64,000 nt of DNA from positions 8,227-72,226 of the IMG/VR virus record IMGVR_UViG_3300029305_011788. One strand, written 5' to 3'. This stretch comes from a virus. Taxonomy: Duplodnaviria > Caudoviricetes. The notes under the pieces were generated by a model. It saw nothing but the letters and a program-made list of their open reading frames with translations, made no database searches and was not told the origin of the DNA. The position numbers and the translations under genes are program-made. Below are positions 19,733-25,817 of this stretch, piece after piece. Within the stretch, counting starts at the first letter, position 1. Each line of letters opens with the position of its first letter.

Positions 19733-20227
19733 TCACCCCTTCAGCTCATCCTCGGTCATCAGCCTGAAGTTTTTGTCCTGCCAGAAGGAAATGTAAACAT
19801 CGTAGCGGACATCCCATTCGCTTTCGTAATATTCGTCTGCTTCCTCATCGTATTCCTCGCTGGTCTCGACCTCTGTATAGCTGTAGACCTCTCTCTGCTC
19901 GAAGCCCTCGCCCCAGCCGTCGCTGTACTGTCCGCTGAGGTATTCCTTGAGCTGTGCTGTGTCATCATCCGTCCAGTCGTCATCTACCTCGCAGGTGGCA
20001 AGTCCGTAGAGCTTTCTGCCAACCCACTCTGCGCTCATTGTGACCTTGTGGAGCTTTTTGTAGTAGGTTGCGCCGTGGTAGTCGTCTGCGTACTCGGCAA
20101 GGTCGGTATTGTCGTTCTCCAGTGTTTCGATAAGCTCTGCGGCGTACTCCTCGGCGGGGGCTGTGAAGCAGTTGCTTTCGCTTGCAATCTGGGCAATCAG
20201 CGGATTGTAAATTTTCAGGGTTTTCAT
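19733..20227 (-). CDS. Very acidic cassette protein
   Basis: 164 aa, about 41 D/E versus 13 K/R; GQYSDGWGEGFEQ motif. Confidence 0.8.
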   Translation of the reverse strand: MKTLKIYNPLIAQIASESNCFTAPAEEYAAELIETLENDNTDLAEYADDYHGATYYKKLHKVTMSAEWVGRKLYGLATCEVDDDWTDDDTAQLKEYLSGQYSDGWGEGFEQREVYSYTEVETSEEYDEEADEYYESEWDVRYDVYISFWQDKNFRLMTEDELKG

Positions 20228-20265
20228 GGTGGTGTACCTCCGTTTTTGTTTTCGGCGGGCTGTCT

Positions 20266-20374
20266 GCCCTTCCGTTGTGTCACATATTACCGCCTTTTGC
20301 CTGAAAAGTCCACGCCTATGTGCAAAATAAATCGTAGAAGAATCGCCGATTTTCGCAGTTATAACTGGTACATA
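20266..20374 (-). promoter_or_regulatory. Cassette promoter module P7 (TGGACT variant)
   Basis: Near-identical upstream part to P6; TGGACT-17-TAATAT; same leader as P5. Confidence 0.8.
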
Positions 20375-20483
20375 TACCAACGCCCCACAGGAGGCTCACA
20401 AACGCGCCGTGTCGCGCCCGAAATCCTCCCAACAAACAAGCGGCGCAGAGCCGTAGAGCCCCACACCGCCCGTTGTACGCCCC

Positions 20484-20687
20484 TTATTCGGGAATGTACT
20501 TGTCGTGGATGATGCCGAGGATCTTGTCCTGTTCATCGATGCTGATGCCCATGCTTTCGAGGGCTTCCCTCGTGCCGCAGTCGGGGCAGATCAGTGTATC
20601 GTTGTCGTAGCGGGACAGCGCCGGTCGCTCGGTGTAGGTGCGTCCGCACTTGGGGCATTTGCGTGGTTCGTTTACTCGGTCTTTCAT
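20484..20687 (-). CDS. Small zinc-ribbon protein
   Basis: CPKC...ICPDC, PALSRYDN motif. Confidence 0.8.
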   Translation of the reverse strand: MKDRVNEPRKCPKCGRTYTERPALSRYDNDTLICPDCGTREALESMGISIDEQDKILGIIHDKYIPE

Positions 20688-20738
20688 TTGAATTCCTCCT
20701 ATGTAGTTGGTGGTGTGCCGCCCGAAGGCGGCAGGCTG

Positions 20739-21002
20739 CTATTCTTCGGTTCGTTCGGTGTGGCTGAGGATCTCTGCGGCGCTGCCCGACTCTGCGTATC
20801 CGCAGTCCCAGATGGCGAGGAGCATCTCCTCGTCGGTTTCGGGAACCTTGATGCTGTAGGTGATCTTCCGTGCCCGAATGTCGATCAGCATCTTGGTGGT
20901 GATCTCAAGGAAGTCGGCGGGGATCTCTCTGGTCGTGCCGTCCTTTGCGATCAGGCGGACTCCGTGGCGGCGAAGGCTTTCAATATGTTCTTGGCTGGTC
21001 AT
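20739..21002 (-). CDS. Hypothetical cassette protein
   Basis: 87 aa, AAAGGAG RBS after P8. Confidence 0.7.
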   Translation of the reverse strand: MTSQEHIESLRRHGVRLIAKDGTTREIPADFLEITTKMLIDIRARKITYSIKVPETDEEMLLAIWDCGYAESGSAAEILSHTERTEE

Positions 21003-21030
21003 GTTCAGGACTCCTTTGCGTTATTTTCCC

Positions 21031-21132
21031 TTGCGGTAGTGACATATTAACTCTTTTCGGGGCTGATTGCAAGCGGCTAAATGTACAGATCATGATGGGC
21101 GATTTTTCGGCAGTCATTGTTCAATTTATGCC
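21031..21132 (-). promoter_or_regulatory. Cassette promoter module P8
   Basis: TGTACATTTAGCCGC-TTGCAA-17-TAATAT. Confidence 0.8.
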
Positions 21133-21144
21133 TTGCCCACATTT

Positions 21145-21235
21145 GCGCCGTGTCGCGCTGTGTGGCGCGGTTGACTGAGATGGGATAACCGTTCGGAGGA
21201 TACCCCTTCCGCCCCACACGGGGCGACGTGGGCGC
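21145..21235. repeat. Long imperfect hairpin repeat R5 (91 bp)
   Basis: GCGCCGTGTCGCGCTGTGTGG / CCACACGGGGCGACGTGGGCGC. Confidence 0.7.
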
Positions 21236-21287
21236 TGTGTGTGCGCCCGTGCCGTTCCGCTTTGCATCCGCCCCGCAGGGCAGGCCG

Positions 21288-22232
21288 TTAAGGCCTGCCG
21301 AAGCGGAATGCGTTGTCGCCAGTCAGGTTTTCAGTTAAAACCGTTCTGGCAGTCTCGAACTCGGCTCCGATAAAGCCCATTCTCATCAGCCAAGTCCGCA
21401 TTGCGAACTTTTTGTTTTCCTTCTGCTGTTCCTTGGGGCTTGCGCTTCTGAGGTCCTTTGCCATCTGGCTCATTGCGAGGCAAAGCTGAATGTAGCTCTT
21501 GAGCTTGCCTGCGTGGAGTCCGTTCTGCTTGCCGTTGGAAGGCGGTGCGAACTGGAAAAGTCTGAACTCGACCGTGCCTTTTGTGAAGGTCGCGTGCAGG
21601 TTGAGCATGTGGTATCGGCTGCCGTTGTAGTGGTGCGTTCTGCCGCTGCTGTAGCCCTGCGAACCGTACCAGATGTCCGCAAGCTGTGCCATCGTGCGGG
21701 GCTTTCTGCGGTTGAGCTGTTCAAGGAATCGCGGGTCAACCGTTCTGCAATACTGGCTCATTCTGTAGCTGTCAACCTTGATTGCCTCGGCGATCAGCGT
21801 TTCGTGGCTTGCCATGATGTTCGCAAGGTTTCTGAGGCTCTGCGGTGTGTGTCCCTGTGCGCCGATGTGAATGTGGACTCCGCATCCTCTTGTGTAGTCG
21901 CTCTTTGCGCCTGCCTTGCGGAGTCTTCTCACAAGCTCCTGCAGGGTTTCGATGTCTGCGTAGTGCAGGATCGGTGTGACCAGTTCGCACTTTTCGCTGT
22001 CGGAGCCTGCGATGCTGACATCCTTCTGGAACTTCCACTCGCGTCCCTGTGCGTCCCATGCGCTGTAGGTTTCGTAGCCGTTGCGGTGGCCTGTGTACTC
22101 GGTGCGGTCTGTGCCGAAGAACTCGGCGGCAAGCTGTGCGGCAGCCTTGCGGGTGATGTTGTTCATCTCGATCTCAACCCCAATGGTCTGCTCCTTCATT
22201 CTGTTGATCTGCTGTGCGGTCTTCTCAGTCAT
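21288..22232 (-). CDS. Putative amidoligase (COOH-NH2 ligase type 2)
   Basis: GVEIEM, KDVSI, CELVTPIL, CGVHIHIG, YHMLNL, TVEFRLF motifs. Confidence 0.9.
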   Translation of the reverse strand: MTEKTAQQINRMKEQTIGVEIEMNNITRKAAAQLAAEFFGTDRTEYTGHRNGYETYSAWDAQGREWKFQKDVSIAGSDSEKCELVTPILHYADIETLQELVRRLRKAGAKSDYTRGCGVHIHIGAQGHTPQSLRNLANIMASHETLIAEAIKVDSYRMSQYCRTVDPRFLEQLNRRKPRTMAQLADIWYGSQGYSSGRTHHYNGSRYHMLNLHATFTKGTVEFRLFQFAPPSNGKQNGLHAGKLKSYIQLCLAMSQMAKDLRSASPKEQQKENKKFAMRTWLMRMGFIGAEFETARTVLTENLTGDNAFRFGRP

Positions 22233-22269
22233 TTTTGTATCCTCCGTTTCGGTTTTCGGTGGGCTGTCT

Positions 22270-22370
22270 GCCCTTCCGTTGTGTCACATATTACCGTCTT
22301 TCGGAGGATATATCAAGCGGCTAAATGTACAGATCATTTCGGTGTATTTTTCCCGTATCTCTGGTACTTT
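22270..22370 (-). promoter_or_regulatory. Cassette promoter module P9
   Basis: TGTACATTTAGCCGC-TTGATA-17-TAATAT-GTGACACAACGGAAGGGCAGACAGCCC. Confidence 0.85.
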
Positions 22371-22412
22371 TACATACTTGATAAACTTGCAATTCTATGG
22401 TAAACTTGGATA

Positions 22413-22510
22413 CGATGGAATAGGTTCTCACATTTTCGGGAGCCCCAGTGCGGTATAAAATCGGCGGTCGGGAAGGCAGAAATCCAGCCCTGCCATTCCG
22501 CCGTTTTTTC
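22413..22510 (+). ncRNA. Candidate ~100-nt small RNA
   Basis: TTGATA(22378)-17-TAAACT promoter, 5' hairpin GGTTCTC/GGGAGCC, long 3' hairpin followed by T6; no ORF. Confidence 0.5.
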
Positions 22511-22511
22511 T

Positions 22512-22982
22512 TTATCTATACAGATGCCTTGTGCTTTGCTCGTAGGCTTCGTAGAGGAATTCGGGATCGAATCCGAATGACCGATAACCTGTCACGCAAG
22601 TCCAGAAGTATCGGGGTGTCGGTTCTCCGAGCCGTCGCTTTTCATTCATGATGTACAGAAAGCCGTTTGTCATCACCGTCCTGCCGCTTGCAGTGCGGAA
22701 CACCGGGAGTCTGATCTCCTTTTTATAGTAGCAGACCGGGCAGCCTTCGTAGCGATCGAGCATCTTCTCATGCTCCGCTGTGACCTCCCAGACCGCGATT
22801 GGAACAACGCCGTCCGGCTTCGGCTCGATGGTCAGGTAGAATCCGGTCTTGCTGCCTTTGAAGAGCAGCTCGTAACCTTCGAGCAGCGCCGTTCCTACCG
22901 GCTTTGCACCGGGGCATCGCATCTGCATCTGTCTGCGGTTGAGGTTGCTCCCGTAGGCGAGGTAGTATCTTTTCTTGCTCAT
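22512..22982 (-). CDS. Gamma-glutamylcyclotransferase (AIG2-like) 1
   Basis: YLAYGSNL and LDRYEG motifs. Confidence 0.9.
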   Translation of the reverse strand: MSKKRYYLAYGSNLNRRQMQMRCPGAKPVGTALLEGYELLFKGSKTGFYLTIEPKPDGVVPIAVWEVTAEHEKMLDRYEGCPVCYYKKEIRLPVFRTASGRTVMTNGFLYIMNEKRRLGEPTPRYFWTCVTGYRSFGFDPEFLYEAYEQSTRHLYR

Positions 22983-23019
22983 GTGATCTCCTCCGTTCAG
23001 GGTATTTGGCGGGCATCCT

Positions 23020-23126
23020 GCCTTGCCGTTGTGTAGCATATTACCATACCCTGCGGAGGTTATCAAGCGGGTAAATGTACAGATCATAACGGGCGATTCC
23101 TCGCCGTTTGTTGTGCATATTACGCC
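23020..23126 (-). promoter_or_regulatory. Cassette promoter module P10
   Basis: ATGCACA-N30-TGTACATTTACCCGC-TTGATA-17-TAATAT. Confidence 0.8.
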
Positions 23127-23138
23127 TTGCCGTAAAAC

Positions 23139-23226
23139 GCGCCGTGTCGCGCTGTGTGGGGCATAAACCGTAACGGAGTAACTGTCGGAGGATACCCGCA
23201 AAGCCCCACACAGGCGAGCGTGGCGC
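23139..23226. repeat. Long imperfect hairpin repeat R6 (88 bp)
   Basis: GCGCCGTGTCGCGCTGTGTGGGGC / GCCCCACACAGGCGAGCGTGGCGC. Confidence 0.8.
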
Positions 23227-23238
23227 ATTTGTGCGCGT

Positions 23239-23655
23239 TCAGCGGCCGGACAGAGATTCCTGCCGAGCCTGTTCGAGAAAGGTCATTTCAAGACCGTTCA
23301 TTTCATATCCCTCGCGGATGATGCTGTAGTAGCCGGGGCTGGGCGGTCGGACTCCCTTGCTGTTCATAATGTAGACCATCGCATCAACGGTCTTGCCGTT
23401 CAGCTCGACCTGCACTGTCTCCCTGCGGTAAAGGTGCGGGTAGCCCTCGTAGCGGTCAAGCGGAATCTCATCCGCAGGCTTGATGTTCCAGAGCAGAACG
23501 GGAACGCTGCGGTCGGGATCGGGCTCGATGGTCGCCACGCCGTTGAATACCAGCCGGTAGCCGTAGAGCGTACTTGTGCCGAGGACTTCGGCTGTGGGGC
23601 AGCGCCGCTGCATCTGCCCGATGTGAAGGTTTGAGCCATAGGCTAAGTAGATCAT
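23239..23655 (-). CDS. Gamma-glutamylcyclotransferase (AIG2-like) 2
   Basis: MIYLAYGSNL and LDRYEGYP motifs. Confidence 0.9.
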   Translation of the reverse strand: MIYLAYGSNLHIGQMQRRCPTAEVLGTSTLYGYRLVFNGVATIEPDPDRSVPVLLWNIKPADEIPLDRYEGYPHLYRRETVQVELNGKTVDAMVYIMNSKGVRPPSPGYYSIIREGYEMNGLEMTFLEQARQESLSGR

Positions 23656-23894
23656 GATTTTTCCTCCTCGTTGGTGATGATTGTGAATTCGTCTGCGCCT
23701 TCGATCAGGGAAAGCGTTCTGCCGTTGTCCCATTTCATATGGACATTGCCGGCATCGTCAATATAATCAACGGAACCGGTCGTTCCGGGCGGAATGGGTG
23801 CGTAGGGATCGTCCATGTGATTCAGGCGGATGCGGGTGCCTGCGGGATAACGCTCCCGCAGGGCTTTCAGTTCATGTTCATTCGGAAACCGCAT
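23652..23894 (-). CDS. DUF4314-like protein
   Basis: LRERYPAGTRIRLNHMDDPY...WDNGRTLSLI. Confidence 0.8.
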   Translation of the reverse strand: MRFPNEHELKALRERYPAGTRIRLNHMDDPYAPIPPGTTGSVDYIDDAGNVHMKWDNGRTLSLIEGADEFTIITNEEEKS

Positions 23895-24870
23895 CGTACT
23901 CTTCCTCCTCGGTGGTCTGTGCGGCTGCCTTTGCCGCCTCACGCTTTGCCTTTTGGCGCTCCGTCCATTTTGCCTTTTCCTCATCGTTGCGGAAAGCGGT
24001 ATGCCCGGTCAGATGCTCCAGAAGGATGCGGCGGTCGGTCTTGTGGTCTGCGCCGCCGAAGCCGATGCGTACCAGCCAGACGCGCATTGCGTACTTCTCG
24101 TTGCTGTCATCGACATCCTTTGCCTGCACGCGCTTCTGCGTCAGTGCCATGCTGTTCATCGCTGCGGCGAGGTTCGTGAATGCCTGCACATGGTCGGCAT
24201 CCGGCGCTTCACCAAAACCGTCAAAGATGAGCTTGTCATCGGCAAATCGGATGCCCTTCAGTTCAGGGTTCGTTTCTTCCCATTCTCTGATAAAGGCGAT
24301 CAGCTCGTAAGTGCTGCGGAACTCATGTCCGCCAATCTCATCCACAAGGCTCTTATCGGCGGCGAATGCTCCGCAGGTCGCCTTGCTGAGAAGTGCGCCC
24401 CTTGCGTGGATCATGCAGATGAGGTTCGTGAGGCTCTGCACCGTGTGGTCAGCCAGCGGAAGTGCGACCGTTACCGCAATCGGGAAGCCGTCCGTTTCGG
24501 TCTCCGGCTCATTGTCATTGGTGACCTCTTCATCGGTGTCCGGCGTATCCTCCTCGGTGTCGGAAATGATGGTCACATCAATCTCGACATAGTCCTCTTC
24601 GGCTTCCGTTACGGTATCCGTTCCTGCCGGCGGAGTGATTGTCTCGCCGTTGTAGCCTGCATCGGCAAGTCCGTCCAGCACCTTCTCCACGATCTCGGTG
24701 TCGCTGCGGTCGGTGAAGCTGAGGACCGCGTCCTTGCCGAGGGTAAAGATGTCGATCTGGTAGGCGCAGCTCGGAACGCCGAGGTACTTGACCTCTGCAC
24801 CGATGATCTCTGCGATTTTCTGTGCCAGTGCCTTGCGCTGGCTCTTTTCGATATTGTACTTGATTTCCAT
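23878..24870 (-). CDS. Hypothetical protein with amidoligase-like C-terminal segment (often labelled virulence-related)
   Basis: YLGVPSCAYQI N-terminus; NEKYAMRVWLVRIGF...LTGHTAFR. Confidence 0.8.
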   Translation of the reverse strand: MEIKYNIEKSQRKALAQKIAEIIGAEVKYLGVPSCAYQIDIFTLGKDAVLSFTDRSDTEIVEKVLDGLADAGYNGETITPPAGTDTVTEAEEDYVEIDVTIISDTEEDTPDTDEEVTNDNEPETETDGFPIAVTVALPLADHTVQSLTNLICMIHARGALLSKATCGAFAADKSLVDEIGGHEFRSTYELIAFIREWEETNPELKGIRFADDKLIFDGFGEAPDADHVQAFTNLAAAMNSMALTQKRVQAKDVDDSNEKYAMRVWLVRIGFGGADHKTDRRILLEHLTGHTAFRNDEEKAKWTERQKAKREAAKAAAQTTEEEEYDAVSE

Positions 24871-24930
24871 AATAAAACCTCCGTTTTTACTGCCGCCCCT
24901 TGCGCCTTGTGCGCTTGGGCTGCGGCGTTT

Positions 24931-25024
24931 TCGTAGTCACATATTACCGCCTTTTGCCCCGGAATGCAAGACTGTAAAACGGAGAATGTACGGGGCATAT
25001 CCGCCCCTGTGATTGTGCATAATA
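24931..25024 (-). promoter_or_regulatory. Cassette promoter module P11
   Basis: ATGCACA-N30 box, TTGCAT-17-TAATAT. Confidence 0.7.
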
Positions 25025-25034
25025 CGAGTGTAAA

Positions 25035-25101
25035 AAAGAAGCCTGCGGCAGAACATCTGATTTAGTATCAGAACGTTCACAATTTGCTGCAAGGCTTCTT
25101 T
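25035..25101. terminator. Long hairpin, likely bidirectional terminator insulating the cassette array
   Basis: AAAGAAGCC...GGCTTCTTT outer stem, TCTGAT/ATCAGA inner stem. Confidence 0.55.
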
Positions 25102-25105
25102 ATTA

Positions 25106-25444
25106 CTATTTCTTTCTCGGTGCGAAAACCCTGACCGGAACACGCTGTTCCCGGCAGTGGTCGATCACATATTTTGTACCGCGGGACTGTCCGTCCCAGA
25201 ATGCGAGAACCACATCGGCATAGGCGATGATCTCCAGATTCCTTTTCAGCGGGGCGCTCCTGCCGAAGCGTTCATAATCCGGCAGAAACTCCTTCAGCGG
25301 AATGCCGTGTGCCTGTGCATATGCCCGCGCATCCGAATCAATGCCCCTTGCTCCTCCGCTGACGATTTCTGTGACATCTTCCGGAAGATACCGTTCAAGG
25401 TCATTCACATGAAGTCCCCGTGAGCCAATAATTGCTATTTTCAT
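25106..25444 (-). CDS. Stand-alone SLOG-superfamily protein (YspA/DUF2493-like)
   Basis: KIAIIGSR, IVSGGARGID, APLKRN, AFWDGQSRGT motifs. Confidence 0.8.
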   Translation of the reverse strand: MKIAIIGSRGLHVNDLERYLPEDVTEIVSGGARGIDSDARAYAQAHGIPLKEFLPDYERFGRSAPLKRNLEIIAYADVVLAFWDGQSRGTKYVIDHCREQRVPVRVFAPRKK

Positions 25445-25557
25445 ACCGCACAACTCCTGATAGATATATTTTAGATACACTTTATATCCATTTCAAACAT
25501 TATACCACAAAACAGGTCTAAAATAAAGTCATAATATATCTGAAAGGAAGTTATTTT

Positions 25558-25740
25558 ATGGCTATCAAAAGTGTATCCATCCGTATCGAACAGGAGATGC
25601 TTGATAAACTTCACGTTGTTGCTGACTACGAAGGTCGTTCTGCCAACAGTCAGGTTCTTATCCTGATTCGTGACTGTATCGAACAGTACGAGGAAAAGCA
25701 CGGAAAGATCGAGCTTGGCGGGGATAAGAAATCTGAATGA
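25558..25740 (+). CDS. Arc-like ribbon-helix-helix DNA-binding protein
   Basis: SVSIRIEQEMLDKL...EGRSANSQV pattern. Confidence 0.85.
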   Translation: MAIKSVSIRIEQEMLDKLHVVADYEGRSANSQVLILIRDCIEQYEEKHGKIELGGDKKSE

Positions 25741-25817
25741 GTGTATCTCTGCGAAATCAAAGTAACGCAGATTCGGGAGTTTTCGTTTCATCGTTTCAAA
25801 ACGGGCACGTTATGCGT

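Noticed and set aside
16752-20380. ORF-track N-terminal extensions such as MVICDTTEGQT on several cassette genes
   Set aside because: The ATG lies in the extended -10 box, upstream of the likely TSS; real starts follow the ACGGAGG RBS.
15595-21290. GC-rich hairpins after cassette genes as classical intrinsic terminators
   Set aside because: Most lack a U-tract in the sense direction; kept only as 3' hairpins of unknown role.
15125-25024. Possible CRISPR array
   Set aside because: Repeats are about 90-100 bp, diverged and separated by whole genes; no cas genes.
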